This document shows positions 39,831 through 50,047 of a stretch of 64,000 nucleotides of DNA, piece by piece (within the stretch, counting starts at the first letter, position 1; each line of letters begins with the position of its first letter). The translations under genes were made by a program, and so were the position numbers. Source of the stretch: Octopus bimaculoides (Eukaryota); contig NC_069001.1 in NCBI RefSeq assembly GCF_001194135.2, forward strand, positions 3,784,527 through 3,848,526, written 5' to 3'. The notes under the pieces are model-generated. The model ran no database searches, was not told where the DNA came from, and saw nothing but the letters and a program-made list of their open reading frames with translations.

Positions 39831-40338
39831 ATGTGTAACAATATAACAAACAATCAACCATTTTCACACACATACACACACTGGAAAACATTTGGTAATT
39901 CCATATATACATATATACACATGCATATATAAAAAGGAGTTGATGATTCATTCATGCATTACTCAACATGCATGTGTGTGAATGTGTATATACATACATA
40001 CATATATAAACTCATGAACACACGTATGTTTATGTGTACAAATGAAAGAGTGCTCAATACATTATGTAGAATTTTATATTTATAAATAAACAATTGGTGA
40101 TTCACTCAATTCTCCCTTGAGAAATATGTAAATGATCACACACCTGAGAGGAATGCTGAGTAATGTACAAATGAATGACCAACTTTTGCATATCTATCTA
40201 TCTAGCATATATATACACATATATTGACATATATATACATATATATGTTATGTATGTGTGTGTGTATATATATATATATATGCAGATATATAGATATATA
40301 TTTATTTATATATGCACATATAATGGCATATTATTCAA

Positions 40339-40371
<33 letters not shown>

Positions 40372-40415
40372 TAAATACATGCACACACATTATACATACA
40401 TTATGTCTATCTCTT

Positions 40416-40472
<57 letters not shown>

Positions 40473-41207
40473 TTACATATACACGNNNNNNNNNNNNNNN
40501 NNNNNNNNNNNNNNNNNNNNNNNNNNNNNNNNNNNNNNNNNNNNNNNNNNNNNNNNNNNNNNNNNNNNNNNNNNNNNNNNNNNNNNNNNNNNNNNNNNNN
40601 NNNNNNNNNNNNNNNNNNNNNNNNNNNNNNNNNNNNNNNNNNNNNNNNNNNNNNNNNNNNNNNNNNNNNNNNNNNNNNNNNNNNNNNNNNNNNNNNNNNN
40701 NNNNNNNNNNNNNNNNNNNNNNNNNNNNNNNNNNNNNNNNNNNNNNNNNNNNNNNNNNNNNNNNNNNNNNNNNNNNNNNNNNNNNNNNNNNNNNNNNNNN
40801 NNNNNNNNNNNNNNNNNNNNNNNNNNNNNNNNNNNNNNNNNNNNNNNNNNNNNNNNNNNNNNNNNNNNNNNNNNNNNNNNNNNNNNNNNNNNNNNNNNNN
40901 NNNNNNNNNNNNNNNNNNNNNNNNNNNNNNNNNNNNNNNNNNNNNNNNNNNNNNNNNNNNNNNNNNNNNNNNNNNNNNNNNNNNNNNNNNNNNNNNNNNN
41001 NNNNNNNNNNNNNNNNNNNNNNNNNNNNNNNNNNNNNNNNNNNNNNNNNNNNNNNNNNNNNNNNNNNNNNNNNNNNNNNNNNNNNNNNNNNNNNNNNNNN
41101 NNNNNNNNNNNNNNNNNNNNNNNNNNNNNNNNNNNNNNNNNNNNNNNNNNNNNNNNNNNNNNNNNNNNNNNNNNNNNNNNNNNNNNNNNNNNNNNNNNNN
41201 NNNNNNN

Positions 41208-41265
<58 letters not shown>

Positions 41266-42011
41266 TTACATATACACGCACCCACTCACACACAGACATA
41301 TATACATACACACACACACACATATATATATGTATGTACTTGTCTTTTTGTTTATTTGTTGAAATGGCAATATTGGACAGTCCCCAGTTGCTTTCATGAG
41401 TGGATTCCATGGAGGAGAGAATAATTAAAGAAATGCCATGTTTTCCATGAAATGAACCTGCCATTTACCATCAGCATCAAAACAAAATGGTATGGAGCAC
41501 CTGTAGCAAGAAGAAAGAGAGAGAGAGAAAGAAGAAGAATTAATAATAATAATAATAATATTGTAATTGAAACAAAACAAAATGCTAACATTTCACCAAA
41601 TTCTGGTGATTTTCTTCTGTCATCACATTTATATATCAATTGTTAGCAAAGATACAGTATTTTGGTTTGCAACCACAGTATACTACCAAGTATATTAAAG
41701 GTTTACAAGTCAATATTATGCTTTACAGTTGAGGAGTTGGATGTGGTACTGATGAAAGAGCAATAAATCTTGAAATATGCATATACACCCACTGTCGAAT
41801 TTTTCTATCTTTAATTGCATTGTTTACACAAATGTATACATATACAAAATGTTGTAACTTTCTATGCTGGCTCTGTATTCTATAGAAAATCAGTAGAGAT
41901 AAACACATTTTTATAATGAGAGGACAACATATGGCCATTTTAAGGTCTCAAAATACTTACTTCTTAAGATTAAGTGCAGGCACTCCCTTCACCTATATAT
42001 ATATATACATA

Positions 42012-42698
42012 CAAAGGAAAGTTAAAAATTATCCGCCCTTTAGCCATAACATTTTTATTATTGTCACACTGCCTTCTGTGCATGCTTGCTCATAGTTGGT
42101 ATTATTGTGGTCACATGATTGAAGTTTGAGCCTGATTATGCCAGTTTTCTTTCTGGCTTTACAGTGTAAGCATGGCCGCTCCACTAGCAATGTGCGCCAA
42201 AGAAGAACGAAGAGCAGTGATCTGATTTCTCTGGGAAAATGGGTGTATGATCAACAGTGCGAGATACAGTGCTTTGCTGACCAAACGCCAAAGCCTATTG
42301 TCGAAGAAAGTTTTGTTGTTGCATGACAATGCACGTCCACACACGGATGCCCAGACCATTGAAACCATTAACCAAGTGGGTTTTGAGGTGCTGGAACACC
42401 CTGCCCTACAGCCCAGATCTTGCCCCTGCTGACTGTCATATCTTTGGACTGCTCAAAGATGGTTTATGAGGTCATTGCTTTCCTACAGATGAAGATGTGA
42501 AGAAAGTGGTGCATAAATGGTTGCATGACCAACCAAAAGCCTTCATCTTGGAGGGAATACACAAACCGGTGGACCACTGAACCAAGTGCATCAAAGAGGA
42601 AGGAAACTATATAGAAAAATGATGTACTTGTTTATCCCCTGCTTTTGTGTAAATACATTGAAAAAACAAGAGTGTGTATAATTTTTGACTCACCCTTG
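42012..42698 (+). mobile_element. Internally deleted mariner (D,D34D) transposon with transposase pseudogene
   Basis: TIRs CAAAGGAAAGTTAAAAATTAT / ATAATTTTTGACTCACCCTTG flanked by TA (42010-42011, 42699-42700). ATG at 42172 gives MAAPLAMCAKEERRAVI*FLWE, then a deletion, then LLLHDNARPH...EHP(fs)YSPDLAPAD with 34 residues between the Asp residues, then ...EGNYIEK* (stop 42620-42622). Confidence 0.92.
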
Positions 42699-42814
42699 TA
42701 TATGTGTGTGAGAGCTAGAGAAATAGGGATGTACTGATGCAAGTGATATTCACCAGAAAATTAATATATGTATTTAAGGTTAAATGGTTTAGTGTAAGAG
42801 TGCCCTATTATAGA

Positions 42815-43160
42815 TCTCGTTACCAACTCACCTGTGACTGTCCCAAATCTAACCTACTCAACTCACCTGAGACTACCCCATAACTGGGCTCATTATCAAC
42901 TCACTTGAGACTGGCCTAATCTCATATTACCAATCGACCTGACACTTCACTCCCAGTCTCAATACCAACTCACCTGGAACTATCCCATAACTAATCTCAC
43001 ATTACCAACTCACCTGAGATTGCACCATTCTGGTCTCATATAACCAACTCATCCCAAGTTTTATATTACCACCTCATTATTTATTGTTTCACACCTGGTC
43101 TCAAATCAGCAACTCACCTGTGATTGCCAAACCCTTGGTCTTATGTTACCAACCTACCAT
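42815..43160. repeat. Degenerate minisatellite, ~35-40 bp period, conserved core ACCAACTCACCTG
   Basis: Perfect CAACTCACCTG at 42824, 42859, 42966, 43006 and 43110; variants at 42897, 42931, 43045, ~43066 and ~43150. Confidence 0.85.
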
Positions 43161-43603
43161 CCATCCCATCTCCCCAAAAGTTACCTTAATTAATGTGTAC
43201 ATATTTAAATGAAAATCCAATTAAAAATTCTGTAATTACATTAATGATGACGAGAGATTTCAGCAGGTAAAACATTTTGCTTTGTTAAAAACAGCAGATT
43301 AATTAACAGATTAATGAATGAAGAAAAATTTATGTGGTCACATGACATCTTCAAGAAATCATTAACCAAACCTTCCTGGAATCCTACCCTAATGTCTTAG
43401 GTCCTCCTATTCAAAGGATATGGGGGCTTGATTTACATAAAGCTATAAATAACATATACATACTGGATTGAAAAAACCTTTCGGATAGAAAAGGTCAAAG
43501 GCTGCCCTTTGACTTTTTCTACCTATAAGGGGTTTTCAACCCAATATTTCCATGTTATTATTTATAGACTTATGTGGATTGAAACCCACTGTTTTTTTTT
43601 TGT

Positions 43604-44388
43604 TTAACCCTTTTGATACCATCCTGGCTGAAACCACCACTGGCTCTGTAGTACAAATGTCTTGCTTTCATAAGTTTTGAATTAAAATCTTCCACGAAGC
43701 CTAAGTTACAATCTAAGTTCCTAACAGAAGCTTAATGATTACTAAGTTATTTTAGTAAGTTCTTTGTTATAATTAAAATTAATTGAAAGAAACACAGAGC
43801 ATCTCAAAATAAATATGGTAACGAAAGGGATAAATTCATTCTTTAATATTATACTTTTAACTTTTTGATACAAACCTACTTGAAGTTTTCCTTGGTTCTG
43901 TGATAGAAATTTCTTGTCTTAAAATTATCTAAATTAATACCTTCCATGAAAATTTCATGTTAATTTATGTTTCAAATACCAGCTTAAAAACGACAGATTT
44001 ATTTTACTAAAATTCTTCATAATTTATAAAATTAACTGAAACAAAGCATATTTCAACAGAAATATGGTAAGAAACAGCTTAAAGTGATCTAAATTATAAC
44101 CTTCCCTTAAAATTTCAAGTCAACCTATGCTCCAAACATCAGCTTTAATAATTATAAAGTTATTTGACTAAATTCTTTATTATTTTCTGAATTAATTGAA
44201 ATGTAAATGTATGAACAAAAGGGTTAAAGTGATCTAAATTAAGACCTGTCATCAAAATTCCATGATAATTTATGTTCCAAATACTAGATTAATAATGATA
44301 ATTAGTTTAGTAAATTCTTCATAATTTACAAAATTAACTGAAACAAAGGCAGTGTATTTCAATAGAAATATAATAACAAAAAAGGTTA
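43604..44388. mobile_element. TTAA-flanked piggyBac-like non-autonomous elements with a tandemly triplicated end
   Basis: TTAA|CCCTTTTGATACC (43604) to GGTAACGAAAGGG|ATAA (43829). A second unit starts TTAA|CTTTTTGATAC (43857), then three ~150-bp units starting ATCTAAATTA (~43927, ~44086, ~44231), each ending in ...TTAA. The piggyBac assignment rests on CCC termini plus TTAA only. Confidence 0.6.
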
Positions 44389-44515
44389 ATGATTCATTTA
44401 CAAGTCAATTATCAAAATATGTTAATTGCAAATCTCACTTGTTGAACCCTTTATTGATGAAATGGAAAAACCAGTGAGCTATTATCATCATGCGTTAACG
44501 CAGCACAACTATAAT

Positions 44516-44996
44516 AAGGTGGTGAATTGGTAAAATCATTATTGCACCAGACAAAATGGTTAGTCCACATTACTCTGCAAGGTGCATAGAACCGGTTTCC
44601 TGGTTTCTCTGGTGAATATATTCCTTCTTGGATGGGACGCTGGTCTGTCACACGATTACTCCCTTTCGCCAGCTGAGTGGACTTGAGCCACGTGAAATGA
44701 AGTGTTTTTTTCAAGAACACAACATGTTGCCTAGTCCAGGAATTGAAACTACAATCTTACGATCATGAGTCCAGCACAATAACCACTAAGCCATGTGCCT
44801 CTACACTGGAAAAAACGCTTAATGGCATTTCATCTGGCTCTTTGTGTTCCAAGTTCAAATTCCACTGAAGTTGAATTTGGATCTCATCCTTTCAAGGTCA
44901 ATAAAATAAGTACCAGTTAACCAACAGGGTCAATGTAATCTCCTTTCATTCTCCTCAAAATTGCTGGCATTGTGTAAAAACTAGAAAGATTAATAT
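44516..44996 (+). mobile_element. Family-N SINE interrupted by another SINE
   Basis: Head GGTGGTGAATTGGTAAAATC at 44519-44538; B box GTTCAAATTCC at 44853-44863; CATCCTTTCAAGGTCAATAAAATAAGTACCAG follows. Confidence 0.7.
44564..44805 (-). mobile_element. tRNA-derived SINE (third type) nested in the family-N SINE
   Basis: Minus strand GGCACATGGCTTAGTGGTT (A box)...GTTTCAATTCC (B box)...TGTTGTGTTCTTGAA...CACTTCATTTCAC...GTCCACTCAGCTG, resembling Meta/V-type SINE cores (from memory). Confidence 0.65.
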
Positions 44997-45265
44997 TGCA
45001 CCATATTACAGTGGTCAAGACTGAGAAATTTGTTAATTAAAATATGGAAGATATGATGTGTGCATGCTGGAGTGAGTGTTAATTATTTCACTTTTGCATG
45101 TGATAAATTTTAATAAAATGTATTGTTACTTGTAGTGGTTAAATAAATGATATAGAATTATTAGATATAAGAGAATTAGGAGTTTATTAATTTGGATTTA
45201 ATTAAGAGCTGCTAAAGATATATTTACACATAGTTTATTAGAAATAGAGTTTGGTACAGTCTTCT

Positions 45266-45342
45266 GACTTGCCAACTCCCATCAAGCTTTCCAATCCATG
45301 CCAGCATGGAAAGTGGATGTTAAATGATTATGATGATGATGA
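45266..45342 (+). mobile_element. 3' fragment of family-A SINE
   Basis: CCAATCCATGCCAGCATGGAAAGTGGATGTTAAATGA followed by (GAT)n. Confidence 0.75.
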
Positions 45343-46181
45343 CAATGTGTATGATATGTTTCTACTGAAACAATAAGACAAACAACCCACATTATTGGCA
45401 TGTTAGAAAACATTCGAGCCATTTTTTTTTTTTTTATGTAGAGTCCTGAAAAGATCCAGGTATTGGATCTGACCCAGGTAACTGAACACTTCAAGGTGTA
45501 TTACCCTTCCTTCTCTGTTCTAAGACATGACCAGTACTTTATTTTATCGACCCCAGAATGATGAAAAAATGAAAAATATTGACCACAGTGAGTTTTGAAC
45601 TTCAGATTGCAAAAGAGACTTGGTTAAACATCACAAGGTATCTCAATCCTTGCCTCTGACTAATCTACACACCACCACCACCACCACCACCACCTTACGG
45701 NNNNNNNNNNNNNNNNNNNNNNNNNNNNNNNNNNNNNNNNNNNNNNNNNNNNNNNNNNNNNNNNNNNNNNNNNNNNNNNNNNNNNNNNNNNNNNNNNNNN
45801 NNNNNNNNNNNNNNNNNNNNNNNNNNNNNNNNNNNNNNNNNNNNNNNNNNNNNNNNNNNNNNNNNNNNNNNNNNNNNNNNNNNNNNNNNNNNNNNNNNNN
45901 NNNNNNNNNNNNNNNNNNNNNNNNNNNNNNNNNNNNNNNNNNNNNNNNNNNNNNNNNNNNNNNNNNNNNNNNNNNNNNNNNNNNNNNNNNNNNNNNNNNN
46001 NNNNNNNNNNNNNNNNNNNNNNNNNNNNNNNNNNNNNNNNTTCGTCCAACCCTGCTACCTGCTCCCCCCTCAAGGCGTTCGGGGAAATACTTTTGGACAA
46101 ATATAGAAATTAGGGCAAATTAATGAGCGGTCCATTCTTCATCTCTCTCTTTCACATACACATATCTATACATATATATCA

Positions 46182-46213
<32 letters not shown>

Positions 46214-46302
46214 CTATGCATATATATAGACATCTATATATGTATATACACATAGACATACATGAATGTGTGTGTCCATGTATGTACATATATATATATG
46301 TA

Positions 46303-46358
<56 letters not shown>

Positions 46359-46714
46359 CACATAACGCATATAATATATGCAGAGACATGTATGTATATT
46401 CATACATGAATGTGTGTGTGTGTATTTGATTAGAGGATATGTTAACCTTGTGAAGGGATGATTGCATCCAAAGAAATACTGGTTCAGTACCTAGTATTAT
46501 TGGGAAATGAAATTCCATTAAAACAATAGGTATATATTAAGCATATAGTTTATATCCAGTTAAATGAAGACAAGAAAATGGGGATAAGGAAGTTAACAAT
46601 TATTATAACAATGTTATAAGTTTTCCAAAAAAATCAAAACAGTACGAGTAAGAAGAGAAAAGATAAAGCAATGGTTTTTGTACAGAGTAATTTTAAGAGA
46701 AAGAGGTCAGTAGA

Positions 46715-46891
46715 TACAACTGGTCACAATACTTGACTGGTACTTTTATTTTATTGCCCCTTGGGAATGAAAAGCAAAGTTCATGTCAGTCGGATTTGAA
46801 CCCAGAAAGTAAAGAGCTAGAAACAATAGTGCAGAGCATTTTTCTGACACTTTCACAGTCCTGCCAATCTACTACCATAATAATAATAATA

Positions 46892-46932
<41 letters not shown>

Positions 46933-47120
46933 AATAATGATAATANNNNNNNNNNGGGAATAATCAATTACATTGACCCTGGTACTCAACTGGTACTTAT
47001 CTTATTGACCCTGAAAAGATGAAAGGCAAAGTTGACCTCAGTGGAATTTGAACCTAGAATGTAAAGACGGACGAAATGCTGCTAAGCGTTTTGCCTGATG
47101 TGCTAACGATTCTGCCAGCT
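46715..47120 (-). mobile_element. Two tandem family-N SINEs separated by (TAA/GAT)n
   Basis: CTGGTACTT...GAAAGGCAAAGTTGACC...GAATTTGAACC...GCTAACGATTCTGCCAGCT (head AGCTGGCAGAATCGTTAGC). Confidence 0.8.
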
Positions 47121-47141
47121 AACAACAACAACAACAACAAC

Positions 47142-47706
47142 AAGCAAACCCCAGAAGGAGTCACTAAGAATGAGAACTGCAAAATCCTGTGGGATGCAAT
47201 GATCCAAGTGCTATCACCTGACCAGACATCGGAAACTGGACATTGTTGTGGTGAATAAAAACGAAAGAACATGCATGATAATCGACAAAGCATGCCCCAG
47301 TGACAACAGGATCAATGTGAAAGAAGAAGAAAGAAAAATAAACAACTATGATGATTTAAAGTGGGAAATGCGAAGGTTGTGATCAATGAAGAGAATAGAC
47401 GAGATACCAATAGTAACTGGTGCAGTTGGGAGTATCGGCACTCAACTACCAGCATGACTGAAAAAGACTGGTGCAAGTGTGAAGATAGAACACGTACAAA
47501 AATCAGCATTGCTTAGAACTGCAAGAATTCTTCGCAGGGTCCTTGAAGCATGACCAGTAAACGTATGACACCTTAGTCTGCTGGCTGGGGACAGCTGACA
47601 CTTTCCATCATACCCAGCATATTAAGCTGTGACGTTTTACTACTACTACTACTACTACCACTACTACTATCACTACCACCACCACCACCACCACCACCAC
47701 CACCAT

Positions 47707-47772
<66 letters not shown>
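47142..47772 (+). mobile_element. 5'-truncated 3' end of an R4/Dong-type non-LTR retrotransposon (restriction-like endonuclease domain, 3' UTR, (TAC)n tail)
   Basis: Translates PEGVTKNENCKILWD... / RKLDIVVVNKNERTCMIIDKACPSDNRINVKEEE...KINNYDDLKWEMRRL*SMKRIDEIPIVTGAVG...VQKSALLRTARILRRVLEA* (stop 47551-47553). This is the PD-type RLE and C-terminus typical of the R4 clade (Dong, Rex6). Tail (TAC/CAC)n at 47638-47772. Confidence 0.85.
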
Positions 47773-47794
47773 GACAACAACAGCAACAACAAAA

Positions 47795-48185
47795 ATAATT
47801 GTTTCAAAGTTAGGTACAAGACCGGCAATTTTTTTTAAGAGTTCGGGGTAGAGGTTAGCTGTTTATATTGGCTCCAAGAGGACAAAAAGCAAAGTTGACC
47901 TTAACAGAATTTGAACTCAGAACATAAAGAGCAGGAAGAAATGTTACTAAGCATTTAGTCTGGCATTGTTAATGCTTATGGTTTCTAAGATAGACACAAA
48001 GCCAAATATTTTGAGGGGAGGGTTTAGTTTATTACATTAACCTCAATAGTTGACAGGAACTTTATTTTATTGACTGCCCCCCAAATGGATGAAAGGTAGA
48101 GTTGACCTCGGCAGGATTTGAACTCAGAGCATAAAGAGCCAAAACAACCACTGCACAGTACTTATGTCCTATACTAACGGTTGTA
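47795..48185 (-). mobile_element. Two further tandem family-N SINEs
   Basis: AAAGTTGACCTTAACAGAATTTGAACTCAGAAC (~47890-47922) and GAAAGGTAGAGTTGACCTCGGCAGGATTTGAACTCAGAGC (~48090-48130). Confidence 0.75.
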
Positions 48186-48199
48186 CCAAATAATTACAA

Positions 48200-48345
48200 C
48201 CAGTCAAGGTTTCACCTTGATCTGTAACAGTTTAGATGAGTCAGTCGGTCTCCAGGATGAAGAATATTCTATTTACAACAGACTTTGATCAAAGAATATT
48301 CCAACAGGCTGTTTAGAAATGGATATCCAGATTGCTCCAGCATTT
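48200..48345 (+). mobile_element. Possible Penelope-like fragment
   Basis: Translation ...EYSNRLFRNGYP resembles the Penelope LxxNGYP motif; short and degenerate. Confidence 0.3.
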
Positions 48346-48864
48346 TGCCAAATTTCTTAGACAAAACAGAAATGCTGTTGCTTATTTCTTTTTTTTTCCT
48401 TCTCTTTATTAAATTTAATTTTAAAACATTGGTAATTTGTTTATTTATTTGTTTGTTTTGGCATCATTTGCTTTCTGAAACATTATCAGAATATAAAAAC
48501 AACAAAACAACATCAAACACAGCAAAAATGGGGGAGAAAAAAAAAAAAAACCCTCTGGTGACTCTTCTACCTGTCAGAAATAGCAGCCAAATCTCNNNNN
48601 NNNNNNNNNNNNNNNNNNNNNNNNNNNNNNNNNNNNNNNNNNNNNNNNNNNNNNNNNNNNNNNNNNNNNNNNNNNNNNNNNNNNNNNNNNNNNNNNNNNN
48701 NNNNNNNNNNNNNNNNNNNNNNNNCCTTAAAGCGGCAGGGGGGGGGGGAATTTGTTAATGAAGTCATTAATACAGTTTCTATAAAGGCATGAGTGCCACA
48801 TTGGAACGTCTTTGTTAATGGGTCTGCTTGATCAGTGGCTAACAACAATTAATGCTGTTGCTGT

Positions 48865-48901
<37 letters not shown>

Positions 48902-49309
48902 GTGTAATTACTGTTGCTGCTACTACTACTACTACTGATGGGATGGCCATGGGTGGAATATCTTTTCTCATGGGTCTGTCTAATCAGGACTGATCTGAAG
49001 CTTACACAACGACAACTTCCTTGGTGGAGGTGGGTGGGTGGGTGAAGATTACAGAGAAAGAAAAAGGAGGCATGGGGAGGGGTTGTTGGGGGTGGAGAGG
49101 CAGAACAGATGTATAAGGCATGGAGGATCTGTAAAGTGGGGCAGAGAAAATATGTACAGGGATGGGGTGGAATACATTAGTGTTATAGGGTAAGGAAGGA
49201 GTGCTGTGGGGTGGAAGTATGAATAAGACAAGTCCCAGACGTATACGCAGGTTATTATTACTTAACTATTTAACCTTCCTGATAAACACGTGACTCAGTG
49301 GGTTTTTTT

Positions 49310-49490
49310 TCTTTATGATTTGTGTTAGTCATTGGACTGTGGCCATGCTGGGGCACAACCTTGATAGGTTTTAGTCAGACAAATTGGCTCCATGTACTTA
49401 TTCTATTGGCCTCTTTTGGCAAATTGCTGAACTGCTAAGTTACAGAGACATAAACAAACCAATACTTGTTGTCAAGAGGATAAACACACA
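49310..49490 (-). mobile_element. 3' part of family-B SINE
   Basis: Collinear with 28335-28510 and 58655-58812. Confidence 0.7.
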
Positions 49491-49510
49491 CACACACACA
49501 TACATTTATA

Positions 49511-49735
49511 TGAGGGGCTGCTGAAAAGTCCCTGGCTTTAAGGATATCACAAAAGGCCTGGTTGGAGGCCCCCAACCTTCCAAGTTCTTTTACAGGGCTT
49601 AGAAAAAGTGAAGGACCACTGCAATAAGTCTGTGAATCTGAAAGGTGGAATACGTTGAATAAAACCATAATTAACTGATCCTCCTGTATTTTCTTTTACC
49701 CAAAACCAGGAACTTTCCAGCACCCCCCCCCCCAT
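49511..49735 (+). mobile_element. Mariner-derived MITE retaining the transposase C-terminal codons
   Basis: TA|TGAGGGGCTGCTGAAAAGTCCCTGGCTTT ... AAAACCAGGAACTTTCCAGCACCCC imperfect TIRs. Internal LQGLEKVKDHCNKSVNLKG(fs)EYVE* matches the mariner C-terminus. Confidence 0.8.
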
Positions 49736-50047
49736 GTGAGTAGCTTCCACACAGTTTCTATCTAGCAAATTCATTCACAAGGTACGGGTTGGGCCGTGGT
49801 GCCGTGCAGTGGGGCATAAATTGAAACTACAAGGTTGCGAAGTGAGCGTCTTAACTACACAGCTATGATTGCTTATAACAGAAACCATAATAAAAATTGG
49901 GACTTTGCAGTGAAATGAAAACTGACTCAACATTTTGAATTATTGTTCATAGACAAAAACACAAATAAAAAAGAAAAATATATACACATGATCCAAAAAT
50001 AGTTGGAAAAGAGAAAAAAATACCAAAACAAAAACTCACCTTTTTTG

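Noticed and set aside
41729-41770. Possible plus-strand terminal exon (TTTACAG|TT GAG GAG TTG GAT GTG GTA CTG ATG AAA GAG CAA TAA overlapping AATAAA)
   Set aside because: Only 11 codons, with no partner exons or homology recognisable.
42815-43160. CRISPR-like look (conserved core plus variable spacers)
   Set aside because: The core is only ~11-13 bp, not palindromic, the spacers share motifs (GTCTCA, TATT) and there are no cas genes. Kept as a minisatellite finding.
49020-49220. G-rich tracts as G-quadruplexes (also 53520-53615)
   Set aside because: They lack four closely spaced GGG runs in canonical arrangement; G/GT-rich low complexity is common here.
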